A DNA stretch of 64,000 bases, from contig CAWELH010000010.1 of assembly GCA_963809925.1 (NCBI GenBank), positions 261,387 to 325,386 of the forward strand. The letters run 5' to 3'. Positions 48,345 to 57,027 of this stretch are shown here, piece by piece (the stretch's first letter is position 1; every line of letters starts with the position of its first letter). This DNA is from an uncultured Bacteroidales bacterium (GTDB lineage Bacteria > Bacteroidota > Bacteroidia > Bacteroidales > GCA-2748055). A program made the translations under genes and the position numbers. The notes under the pieces are model-generated. The model saw nothing but the letters and a program-made list of their open reading frames with translations, was not told the origin of the DNA and ran no database searches.

Positions 48345-49339
48345 AAACATGAGATAAACAGAGTGATGCGGAAAGTTTATTTACTGCCGTAACATTCAAT
48401 TCTACCGTATAGAAGGAGGGCTGACGATCAAATATCGAATCCTCCCGCACTTAAATACAGATCAATAATTAATTAAGCTTCTATTTATCAATGAATTAGG
48501 CATATATTTTTCGCGAATTGAAATTTTTGAACCCAAACAAATTTCCTCCAATCAGGCGATAATTTACTTCGCTACGTCCAGAAACGCTCAGGGAGAGAAG
48601 GTTTTCTGTCTGGAATAAAAATTTATAGGTAAGGACATACAATTCCCCAGGAATAATTCCGGACTCTATTCATCACAAGACGGTCGGGTAGGGTTGAGGA
48701 TAAATTCAGGCTGTGAAAATAAATAGTAATAACAATAAATATTGGTTACATAAGTATACATAAGTCAATATATATCGGAGTAATTTACAAAAATAACCAG
48801 CAAACAACGTATTTTAAGGAGTGCCAATGAAAGCACAATGTTTATTCTTGTATACATAAAAATTATTTAATAATTATAATTATATACATCTAATTACCAG
48901 TCATATACAGCAATTATATAACCTATGAATTGACATATAACCAATGAAAAAGATGAATCCTGTTGAATATGTGTACAATATTTGATATAACCGATTTTAA
49001 ATCGTTAAATACCAATTATATACATTATTTAAGTGAAGTATTACTTCATTTAAAGGGATTTAAATAGAGGAATTGTGATACAATAGCTTACGTCATAAAT
49101 GAATAAAACACGAAATACACCTCCTCATAAGACATATTTCGGATAGTTTATTATTGTAAACCTGGTTACAAAAATACAAATTTTAATTGTTATACATGTA
49201 AACACAATATTGATTACATTTGTAAATACAAAACTGAAGTGAGCGCATGAAGTGACGATCCAAACGTATGTTTAATATGAAATCACAGTTTAATACATAT
49301 CTACACCTCCTGAGTTACGCCCTGATCCTCATATCTTTA
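48345..49339. other. ORF-free, strongly AT-rich intergenic region with short internal repeats
   Basis: The six-frame track has no ORF of 60 aa or more between 48344 and 49597. AATTATATACAT occurs at 48878 and 49014, ATATAACC at 48916, 48935 and 48985, and there are several TATACA and GGTTACA words. Confidence 0.9.
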
Positions 49340-49355
49340 TCCATCACCCCATCAC
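49340..49355 (+). repeat. 8-bp units TCCATCAC CCCATCAC (2 units)
   Basis: Same unit family as 43775-43854. Confidence 0.7.
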
Positions 49356-49364
49356 TACTTTTTA

Positions 49365-49444
49365 ATTTGTTGATTTGTTGATTTGTTGATTTAGTGATTT
49401 GTTGATTTAGTGATTTGTTGATTTGTTGATTTAGTGAATTAATG
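49365..49444 (+). repeat. 8-bp-period array ATTTGTTG/ATTTAGTG (10 units)
   Basis: ATTTGTTG x3, ATTTAGTG, ATTTGTTG, ATTTAGTG, ATTTGTTG x2, ATTTAGTG, AATTAATG. Confidence 0.9.
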
Positions 49445-49460
49445 AGTGATTTAATGGGTA

Positions 49461-49580
49461 TTTCTCACTCCATAACTCCATAACCCCATAACCCCATAAC
49501 CCCATAACTTCATAACTCCATAACTCCATAACTCCATAACTCCATAACTCCATAACTCCATAACCCCATAACTTTACTCC
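49461..49580 (+). repeat. 8-bp-period array YCCATAAC (15 units)
   Basis: TTTCTCAC, TCCATAAC x2, CCCATAAC x3, TTCATAAC, TCCATAAC x6, CCCATAAC, TTTACTCC. It ends 16 nt before the ATG at 49597. Confidence 0.92.
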
Positions 49581-49596
49581 TAAACATCAATCTAAA

Positions 49597-50037
49597 ATGA
49601 AAGAACGACTGGAAATGATCCTTGAAAAATACGGGATATCGGCTTCAAAACTTGCTGAAATTCTCGATGTACAACGTTCCGGCATATCTCATATCCTGGC
49701 CGGAAGGAACAATCCAAGCTACGACTTCCTGGTGCGACTTCTTGAGCACTTTTCAGATATCGACGCAAACTGGTTGCTTAGTGGGGAAGGAAAGATGCTT
49801 AAAAATCCGGAGAATGAATTATTAACAGAAAAAGACACCAATACCCAAATTCCCCATATACCGGAGTCCTTAACAACCCAAAGTAAGCAAGACGATCCCG
49901 TAAAAGAAGAAAAAATATCTAAAGAAAAACCGGAAGTTTACAAAGGTAAACAAGCATATTCTTCACCCGAGGATAATATTTCCGGGTTGTTTATTCTGTA
50001 TTCCGATGGAACCTTCAGGAGATATAAGCCGGAATAG
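49597..50037 (+). CDS. XRE-like helix-turn-helix DNA-binding protein
   Basis: 146 aa with an N-terminal HTH (…GISASKLAEILDVQRSGISHILAGRNNPSYDFLVRLL…) and a low-complexity C-terminal half. Confidence 0.8.
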   Translation: MKERLEMILEKYGISASKLAEILDVQRSGISHILAGRNNPSYDFLVRLLEHFSDIDANWLLSGEGKMLKNPENELLTEKDTNTQIPHIPESLTTQSKQDDPVKEEKISKEKPEVYKGKQAYSSPEDNISGLFILYSDGTFRRYKPE

Positions 50038-50048
50038 AATATTCTGTT

Positions 50049-50056
50049 TATATTTG
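50049..50056 (+). promoter_or_regulatory. candidate -7 promoter box (TAnnTTTG)
   Basis: TATATTTG lies 12 nt upstream of the pyrD ATG at 50069, just after the HTH gene stop. Confidence 0.4.
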
Positions 50057-50068
50057 CATAAAAATTGT

Positions 50069-51112
50069 ATGTATAAGCGCTTTTTGCGGCCATTCTTGTT
50101 CAAACTCTCTCCTGAAACCGTTCACAGTCTGATTGTTGGTCTGGTAAAATTCATTTCTAAAATTCCCTTTTCATCTTCGCTTGCATTAAAGATCTTTGGA
50201 ATGCGACATCCATTGCTGGAGAAAGAAATACTGGGATTTCACTTTAAGAATCCTGTTGGGTTGGCTGCAGGTTTTGATAAAAACGCATCTTTTTACAAAG
50301 ACTTCAGGATGTTTGGCTTTGGATTTATCGAAATCGGTACGGTTACTCCAAGGCCACAACCGGGAAATTCCAGGCCCAGAAGTTTTCGTCTTCCTGAAGA
50401 CAAGGCACTAATAAATCGAATGGGCTTTAACAATGACGGTGTTGATGAAGCTGTGAAGAGGTTAAAATCACGACCGAAAGACTATATCATTGGCGGTAAC
50501 ATCGGGAAAAACACGCTTACACCAAATGTGAGGGCTGTGGAGGATTATGAATACTGCTTTAACAAACTGTACGACTATGTCGATTATTTCGTTGTTAATG
50601 TAAGTTGTCCCAATATATCTGATATGGCTGAGCTACAGGATGAGGATAGATTACGGGAAATCCTGAGTCGCCTCGTAATGGTCAGATCCAAACAAGCCAT
50701 AAGAAAACCTGTGCTGCTGAAAATTTCCCCTGATCTGAACCTGAAGCAAATTGAAGAGACGGTGAAAATTGTTCGTGAAGAAGGTCTTGATGGCATTGTT
50801 GCAACCAATACCACCATCACGCGAAAAAACCTGAAAACAGCGGCTTCCGTTGTCAGCAGCATTGGAAGGGGTGGGCTTTCCGGGGCCCCGATCACAGACA
50901 CATCGACAGAAATTATCCGTTACATTCGTAAAATTGCGGGGCCTGACCTGCCAATTATCGGTGTTGGTGGAATTATGAGCGTTAATGATGCCCTTGAAAA
51001 ATTGGAAGCCGGAGCAGATTTGTTACAAATATATACGGGCTTCATTTATGAAGGGCCTGGATTTGTCAGGCAAATTCTAAAAGGTATACGCAAACGATTG
51101 GTTACTGTATAG
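50069..51112 (+). CDS. pyrD: dihydroorotate dehydrogenase (quinone), class 2
   Basis: ORF track starts at 50006; the ATG at 50069 gives MYKRFLRPFLFKLSPE…, a class-2 N-terminus. Motifs NPVGLAAGFDKNA and GFIEIGTVTP are present. Confidence 0.92.
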   Translation: MYKRFLRPFLFKLSPETVHSLIVGLVKFISKIPFSSSLALKIFGMRHPLLEKEILGFHFKNPVGLAAGFDKNASFYKDFRMFGFGFIEIGTVTPRPQPGNSRPRSFRLPEDKALINRMGFNNDGVDEAVKRLKSRPKDYIIGGNIGKNTLTPNVRAVEDYEYCFNKLYDYVDYFVVNVSCPNISDMAELQDEDRLREILSRLVMVRSKQAIRKPVLLKISPDLNLKQIEETVKIVREEGLDGIVATNTTITRKNLKTAASVVSSIGRGGLSGAPITDTSTEIIRYIRKIAGPDLPIIGVGGIMSVNDALEKLEAGADLLQIYTGFIYEGPGFVRQILKGIRKRLVTV

Positions 51113-51356
51113 ATTCCACTGTTTATTCCGGGTTCTCTTTGTATATAGTTGTAACCTAATGTAATGGTGGATACTTTTAGGCCTTCAGATTTACTTGTTG
51201 AATTCAACGGTTGTTTTATTGTATCGAACTATTATTAAGATTATTTTTGTTAAGACTTTTTCCCCTGCAGTACTATCCTTATCCCTTAATCTCGGACGTT
51301 TCGATAAACGCAGAAGTATGACATGTATTTTTTCGGAAAACCAAAATCTTAATGTG

Positions 51357-52262
51357 ATGAATCTTCCTGGTCTTAGTTCACTGGCATTTTTATTTATGAC
51401 ATTGACGGTTGCAGGGCAGTCGGGTAAAAAACCGAACATTGAAACACCAGTTGATGATGCAGAGTTTAAGCAGATCCTTGAGTATTACACCTATGATGAG
51501 GGCATACCGTCGGATCCTGTTTTTTATGGAGAATGGCCATGGAGGGGTCCACAAGTAATTTATAAGTTGTCTTACCGCAGTGTTAGAGAACAACGGGTAC
51601 CTGCTTATCTTGCCATACCTAAAGAAAAACATGAAGAGAAGCTCCCCGTTATCATTCTGATGCACGGCTGGAACTTGTTCTGGGGGAAGAATGAAGACTG
51701 GGTTCAGGAATGGATACCCATTCTGACAGCCCAGGGGTATGCTGTTCTGGCGCCTGACCATTTTCTTTTCGGCGAAAGGAAAGTGGAGGGAGGATTTGAC
51801 GAAGGGAGTAATCGAGGACCCTATTATTACAGAGACTGGATGGTCCAGTCAGTAGAAGATCTGCGCCGCGGTATAGATTACCTTCTGACACGACCTGATA
51901 TCGATCCCGACCGCATTGCCATTCTCGGTGGAAGCCTGGGAGGTTGGATTGGCTCAATCCTGGCAGGCGTTGAACCCAGGATCAAAACAGCAGTGCTTAC
52001 TGTACCTGCAACGGAGTTTGTCAGGGCGCAAACACCTGCCGGCAGAGTGATAAACAGCAGTAACTTCTTCCCGCGGTATGATGGTCTTTCTCTCCTTGTG
52101 GTGGTAGCTAAAAAAGACATCCAGCTGCGGACATCCCGGGCCAGGGAACTCTATGATACTGCACCGGTAAAAAAGAAATTTATTGAATACGATGAAGAGC
52201 ATTTTCTGGATCCCCAAAAATATAACAAGGACATCCTGGAATGGCTAAAGGCCGAATTGTAG
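51357..52262 (+). CDS. secreted alpha/beta hydrolase (dienelactone hydrolase / esterase-like)
   Basis: ORF track starts at 51195; the ATG at 51357 gives a signal peptide (MNLPGLSSLAFLFMTLTVAGQ). Nucleophile elbow GGSLGG. An alternative start at 51318 is possible. Confidence 0.75.
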   Translation: MNLPGLSSLAFLFMTLTVAGQSGKKPNIETPVDDAEFKQILEYYTYDEGIPSDPVFYGEWPWRGPQVIYKLSYRSVREQRVPAYLAIPKEKHEEKLPVIILMHGWNLFWGKNEDWVQEWIPILTAQGYAVLAPDHFLFGERKVEGGFDEGSNRGPYYYRDWMVQSVEDLRRGIDYLLTRPDIDPDRIAILGGSLGGWIGSILAGVEPRIKTAVLTVPATEFVRAQTPAGRVINSSNFFPRYDGLSLLVVVAKKDIQLRTSRARELYDTAPVKKKFIEYDEEHFLDPQKYNKDILEWLKAEL

Positions 52263-52500
52263 GATTTTCACTAATTCCAATTCATAACAGGCTTACAATT
52301 AGCCACTTTGCACGCAACCTGCCCCAGGTTAATGAATTTTATTTTTAGCGTACCTTTGCATTTTGAAAATGATTTTGAGGCTATTGCATTACAGTTACCT
52401 TTTCCAACCATCTGGAATCTGCCGGACACATCTGCAAGGACAAAAACGATGGATTTCAGGCCGTAAAGACTTACGTTTGATTCATTGATATCCGAAGATT

Positions 52501-53937
52501 ATGAAAAGAAGAAAATTTTTCCAGGTAGCAACCGTGAGTGTTGCCGGTATGGGTTTGACAGCTTCCTGCACCGGGAACAAAAGTTCTGAGCAAAAGGAGG
52601 AAACAACCGCTTCAGTAATCAGGAAAGCACCTGATTATCGTCAAAGTATAAAGAGCTCTTTCCCCGGAAACAATTCGAAATCTGCATCCGACACAGTAGT
52701 GCTGGCACTTATCGGTGCCGGGGGATATGGAACCAATCTTGCATTGCAGACTGCGGGGCTCAACATGAATACGAGGTTTAAATATGTTTGCGATGTGGAT
52801 GATACCAGGGGCGGACAAGCCATCTCCGAATTGAAAAAGATTCAGGGTTCAGCGCCCATAAGGGTCAGGGACATGCGCAAAGTATTTGACGATAAGGATG
52901 TTGACGGTGTATTCATTGCCACGCCCGAGCACTGGCATGGCCTTGCAACCATTTGGGCTTGCCAGGCAGGTAAGGATGTGTACGTTGAGAAATGCATTTC
53001 ACATAACATTTTCGAGGGTCAGCAGATGATCAGCGCTGCCATGAAATACAATCGAATCGTCCAGTGCGGAACTCAGAACAGAAGTGCAGACTATGCCCTG
53101 ACTGCACGCGATTATATCAAATCGGGTGGTCTTGGCGAAATCGTTGCGGTACACGTCAGGGGATTGCTCGATGGGCCGGTTCCGTTCAATGAAAAAGAGG
53201 AAATGGACGCACCCAATACGATCGATTGGGATATGTGGCTAGGACCTGCTCCTTTAGCACCATACAGCATCTCCAGGAATAAAGCATGGGGTTATTACTG
53301 GGACTATTCGGGTGGGTATGCCATGGCGGAAGGGATCATTCACCAGCTCGATATGACAAGATTGGTACTTGACAATCCCGGGTTTCCTAAATCAGCCTAT
53401 TGTGCCGGAGGTCGTTATTGTTTTGATGATAAAAGGGATATCCCCGATTACCAGATGGTTACCTTTGATTTCGGTACCTTCATTATGACCCTTGAGGCAG
53501 GAGAATTTACCAATTACATGGCGAAATCCAGTCCGCAGATCAGGTTCGGTCCGGACTTTCCGGAATGGAAACAAAACGCCACCCGTATCCAGATCCTGGG
53601 AACCAAACGCATGATGCATGTAGGACGTATGGGAGGAGGCTGGCAGGTGTTCGATAAGGATGGCCGCATTGAAGCGCAACAAACCGGCCTGTACCCGCTG
53701 GAACCGCATCTGAAGAATTATATAGATTGTATCCGGTCAAGAAATCAACCCAACGGTAATATTGTTCAGGGGCACAACAGTGCTGTACTGATCCATCTTG
53801 CCAATCTGTCGTATCGTTTGGGTGGCAGACTGTTACAATTCTCACCTGAATATGAGACAATTATGAATGACCGGGAAGCGGAGCTGCTGATGCAGCCCCG
53901 CTACCGTCAAGGCTTTGAATTCCCCGGAGATATATAG
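52501..53937 (+). CDS. Gfo/Idh/MocA-family oxidoreductase with Tat signal/lipobox
   Basis: 478 aa with MKRRKFFQVATVSVAGMGLTASC (twin-arginine plus Cys) and a Rossmann region …LIGAGGYG…, …FIATPEHWH…. Confidence 0.85.
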   Translation: MKRRKFFQVATVSVAGMGLTASCTGNKSSEQKEETTASVIRKAPDYRQSIKSSFPGNNSKSASDTVVLALIGAGGYGTNLALQTAGLNMNTRFKYVCDVDDTRGGQAISELKKIQGSAPIRVRDMRKVFDDKDVDGVFIATPEHWHGLATIWACQAGKDVYVEKCISHNIFEGQQMISAAMKYNRIVQCGTQNRSADYALTARDYIKSGGLGEIVAVHVRGLLDGPVPFNEKEEMDAPNTIDWDMWLGPAPLAPYSISRNKAWGYYWDYSGGYAMAEGIIHQLDMTRLVLDNPGFPKSAYCAGGRYCFDDKRDIPDYQMVTFDFGTFIMTLEAGEFTNYMAKSSPQIRFGPDFPEWKQNATRIQILGTKRMMHVGRMGGGWQVFDKDGRIEAQQTGLYPLEPHLKNYIDCIRSRNQPNGNIVQGHNSAVLIHLANLSYRLGGRLLQFSPEYETIMNDREAELLMQPRYRQGFEFPGDI

Positions 53938-54107
53938 GAGAAATTTTACCTGAATTGTAATCTGAACCTGTTTCGGATCTAATGGTTGAAATTAATATGT
54001 TGAAAATAATATAATTGAAAGATATGGACCTGATCCTAATGATGGTACTTTTCATGCTATTTCTGGTATCCTCCTGTTTAATAATGTTATCGGATGTGAA
54101 TAATATT

Positions 54108-54115
54108 TACATTTG
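54108..54115 (+). promoter_or_regulatory. candidate -7 promoter box (TAnnTTTG)
   Basis: TACATTTG lies 53 nt upstream of the ATG at 54169. Confidence 0.35.
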
Positions 54116-54168
54116 ATATAGGTATTGAAAGTACGGGCATTTGTATAACATCATAAAATCATTATCCT

Positions 54169-55608
54169 ATGAAAAGGAGAAAATTTTTTCAGATCACATC
54201 GATGAGCGTTGCCGGGATGGGTTTGACAGCCTCATGCTCCAATTCATCGAAAAAGTCAGACGACATGACTGGCGGAGCAGCGAAAGAATTGGAGTACACT
54301 AAACCCGTTTACAAAAATAACATGAAAGCTGTCCCGACGGCAGGGACTGGGAAGAGCCCTTCTGATACCGTTATACTGGCTCTCATTGGCGCCGGGGCTT
54401 ATGGAACCAATCTGATACTTGAAGCTGCAGACACGGACAAAAACATACGGATTAAGTATATCTGTGACGTGGATGACAAGAGAGGTGGACACGCAATTTC
54501 CGAACTGAAAAAAAAGCAGGGATTTGAACCAATTCGAGTCAGGGATATGCAGAAGGTTTTTGATGACAAGGAAGTTGACGGGGTTTTCATTGCGACGCCT
54601 GAGCACTGGCATGCCCTTGCTACGATACGTGCATGTCAGGCCGGAAAGGACGTATATGTAGAGAAGACGGTTTCACACGATATCTACCAGGGACAGAAGA
54701 TGATAGAGGCAGCAGTTAAATATAATCGGGTTGTTCAGTGTGGCATGCAGAACAGGAGTACCGACTATGGGCTTACTGCCAGAGATTATATTAAAAGTGG
54801 TGAGTTGGGAGATGTGATTGCCGTACATGTACGGGAACTTGATATCGGCCCTGTACCATTCCGGCCAGATGAAGATACTGACGCACCGGATTCGATCGAC
54901 TGGGATATGTGGCTCGGACCTGCACCGAAAGTCCCGTTCAACGTCTCCAGGAACAAGGCCTGGGGGTATTATTGGGATTATTCAGGCGGCTATGCTATGT
55001 CGGGCGGTATCATTCACCAGGTCGACCTGGCCAGAATGGTGCTTGGAGATCCTGGATTTCCAAAATCTGTATACTGTGCCGGAGGCAGGTATTGTTTTGA
55101 TGACAACAGGGAAGTACCCGATTATCAAATGGCAGTCTTTGACTATGGCAATTTCATCATGAACATCCAGGCAGGTGAATTTTCCGATTATATGGCAAAA
55201 TCTGGTCCCGAAATCAGGTTTGGCGATGCACTTCCTGAGTGGAGCCAAAATTCCACTTTTATCCAAATCCTCGGCACAAAACGGATGATGTACGTCGGAC
55301 GAATGGGAGGCGGCTGGCAGGTGTTTGAGAAAGACGGAAAGGTTGTGGCACAGCAGTCGGGGAGATTTCCACTGAGTGCGCATATTAAGAATTACATCGA
55401 TTGCATCCGAACGAGAAAACAACCCAATGGAAACATATATCAGGGTCATAATAGCGGCGTACTGATGCACCTTGCGAATCTGTCATACAGGACAGGGAAG
55501 CAATTGATTTTCTCACCGGAATACGAATCGGTGATGAATGATCCTCTAGCACAACAAATGGCGTACCCAGCATACAGACAAGGGTACGAAATTCCAAAAG
55601 AAGTTTAA
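54169..55608 (+). CDS. Gfo/Idh/MocA-family oxidoreductase with Tat signal/lipobox (tandem paralog)
   Basis: 479 aa, collinear with 52501..53937. Many identical blocks (MKRRKFFQ, SVAGMGLTASC, ACQAGKDVYVEK, NKAWGYYWDYSGGYAM, GRMGGGWQVF). Confidence 0.85.
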   Translation: MKRRKFFQITSMSVAGMGLTASCSNSSKKSDDMTGGAAKELEYTKPVYKNNMKAVPTAGTGKSPSDTVILALIGAGAYGTNLILEAADTDKNIRIKYICDVDDKRGGHAISELKKKQGFEPIRVRDMQKVFDDKEVDGVFIATPEHWHALATIRACQAGKDVYVEKTVSHDIYQGQKMIEAAVKYNRVVQCGMQNRSTDYGLTARDYIKSGELGDVIAVHVRELDIGPVPFRPDEDTDAPDSIDWDMWLGPAPKVPFNVSRNKAWGYYWDYSGGYAMSGGIIHQVDLARMVLGDPGFPKSVYCAGGRYCFDDNREVPDYQMAVFDYGNFIMNIQAGEFSDYMAKSGPEIRFGDALPEWSQNSTFIQILGTKRMMYVGRMGGGWQVFEKDGKVVAQQSGRFPLSAHIKNYIDCIRTRKQPNGNIYQGHNSGVLMHLANLSYRTGKQLIFSPEYESVMNDPLAQQMAYPAYRQGYEIPKEV

Positions 55609-55619
55609 ATCGAGAGGCT

Positions 55620-56345
55620 ATGAAAATAAAGAAACTGGTGTTGATCCTATCGTCAATTGTGATTCTTGTTATTGCCTTTCTTGTGGTCCTTGCATTTTCC
55701 AGGACATGGGGAAAAACCGATATTGAATTTAAAGTCCACATCAATGAGACCCTTGTACTACAATCGACATTTGGAGAATCCCCGACCTTTGCATTCTGGA
55801 TTGAAAATCCCGCAAACGGCGAGATCCGTACCATATATGTAACCAAGCGCGCTGCTCTGGGTGACTGGGAAGGAAAAGCCAGCGTACCTGTTGCACTGCC
55901 GGCATGGTTTGAGATATATAAGAGACAGGGTCAAGCGGATGTCGTACCGAATCTTGATGAAAATTCATCCCTCACCATTACCGGTGCGACACCGCAGCCA
56001 GGGTATTTCACTGCGAGAGTGCGTGTACCCCGGGACAGTAAGTGGAACTGCTATATTGAAGTGAACCTTGCTGGTGATTTTAACGATGATTATCAGATGT
56101 ATAATGAAGAAGAAAAAACTTCTGATGAATATCTTTCGGGACAGCCGGCCTTACTTTATAAAGCTGAAATCACTGCAGAAGCAGGGAATCTGGTTGCCCC
56201 TGGGGTTGAGGGTATGAGTTTACTTGATGATGAGGGTAAAGCTGTACTTAAACCTTTAAAAGGGATTACAACGGCAACGGATATATTTGACGAAATTGAA
56301 ATTTTAGCTTTACGTCCAAAGCCCCGGATTATCGAATGGAAATAG
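55620..56345 (+). CDS. hypothetical membrane-anchored periplasmic protein
   Basis: 241 aa with an N-terminal TM helix. The segment …FAFWIENPANGEIRTIYVT… faintly resembles DUF2271-type periplasmic proteins (unverified). It starts 11 nt after the preceding gene. Confidence 0.5.
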   Translation: MKIKKLVLILSSIVILVIAFLVVLAFSRTWGKTDIEFKVHINETLVLQSTFGESPTFAFWIENPANGEIRTIYVTKRAALGDWEGKASVPVALPAWFEIYKRQGQADVVPNLDENSSLTITGATPQPGYFTARVRVPRDSKWNCYIEVNLAGDFNDDYQMYNEEEKTSDEYLSGQPALLYKAEITAEAGNLVAPGVEGMSLLDDEGKAVLKPLKGITTATDIFDEIEILALRPKPRIIEWK

Positions 56346-56381
56346 TCCGGAAGTGTCCTGATCCGGGATCCGTCAACTTTT

Positions 56382-56415
56382 AAAACGCAAAAAACCGCAC
56401 CAGGAGAGATGCGGT
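56382..56415 (-). terminator. rho-independent terminator downstream of tRNA-Lys
   Basis: On the minus strand, ACCGCA-(10 nt loop)-TGCGGT (56394-56415) is followed by TTTTTTGCGTTTT. Confidence 0.55.
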
Positions 56416-56425
56416 CGTCAGGTTG

Positions 56426-56498
56426 TGATCCAGCTGGGGCTCGAACCCAGGACCCCATCCTTAAAAGGGATGTGCTCTACCAGCTGAGCTACTGAATC
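56426..56498 (-). tRNA. tRNA-Lys (anticodon UUU)
   Basis: Hand-folded cloverleaf. Acceptor GATTCAG/CTGGATC (one G-U); D arm GCTC-AGCTGGTA-GAGC; anticodon arm CATCC-CTTTTAA-GGATG; T arm CTGGG-TTCGAGC-CCCAG; discriminator A. 73 nt, CCA not encoded. Confidence 0.9.
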
Positions 56499-56520
56499 TG
56501 CTTGTTTTGTTAGCGGGTTG

Positions 56521-56528
56521 CAAATATA
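56521..56528 (-). promoter_or_regulatory. candidate -7 promoter box for tRNA-Lys
   Basis: The minus strand reads TATATTTG, 22 nt upstream of the mature tRNA 5' end. Confidence 0.45.
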
Positions 56529-56626
56529 AAGCATTATTGCTTTTATGCAAAAGCTTTTGAAATATTATTTCTAAAAAATGGGCTTCTGCGGAACAAGCTA
56601 CTCATAAACAAATGAATATCAAAAAG

Positions 56627-56986
56627 CTAATTTTTGCGCTCAAATACACGGTCGATATTAAAATCCGGATTTACGGAAGGAATGCGGGCGTTATTGACCA
56701 TAATCCATTCGTGGAGTTTATCAAGTAGCTCCCTGGTTTTTTCCGGCATTTTGGTCTACAAATCCTCCGATTCGCCGATATCCTTTTTCAGATTATACAG
56801 TTCAACCCGACCTTCCGGCGTATAGCACAGGTTGCTATCCACATCAATATAATCGCCGAAGAATTCAATAAGCTTGTAGTCGCCTTCCCTGATTACTGCT
56901 GCAGGGGATGTACCCCATTGAGGATCATACAACGGCATATACCAATAGAGCCCTCGAAGGTGTGCATTACGGGGTAACATAAGCAT
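56627..56986 (-). pseudogene. sulfatase gene remnant (C-terminal ~115 codons only, with in-frame TAG)
   Basis: …LYWYMPLYDPQWGTSPAAVIREGDYKLIEFF…VELYNLKKDIGESEDL matches the C-terminal region of type-I sulfatases. After the TAG at 56753-56755 the same frame continues TKMPEKTRELLDKLHEWIMVNNARIPSVNPDF… to the TAG at 56627-56629. No catalytic N-terminal domain is present. Confidence 0.7.
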
Positions 56987-57027
56987 CGATTCATAACTTC
57001 TCGTAAATTCGTATAAAATATTTTAAA

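Noticed and set aside
49165-49180. Shared 13-mer TACAAAAATACAA at 49167-49179 and 59985-59997 as a specific regulator operator.
   Set aside because: On the minus strand it contains TATTTTTG, the generic -7 promoter consensus. The match is most simply explained as two promoter-like boxes.
48345-49339. Chromosomal replication origin (oriC) in the AT-rich ORF-free region.
   Set aside because: Scanning by eye found no good DnaA boxes (TTATCCACA/TGTGGATAA). The best is TTATCCATC, with 2 mismatches, at about 49338. No dnaA, dnaN or other origin-linked genes are nearby. It is kept only as a low-probability alternative in the finding.
49268-49381. 37-codon ORF MFNMKSQFNTYLHLLSYALILISLSITPSLLFNLLIC running into the ATTTGTTG array.
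   Set aside because: Its hydrophobic tail is encoded by the repeat arrays themselves. There is no independent support for translation.
52501-56498. Genomic island integrated at the 3' end of tRNA-Lys.
   Set aside because: There is no integrase, no phage or mobility gene, and no direct repeat of the tRNA 3' end on the 3' side. The content is ordinary metabolic genes.
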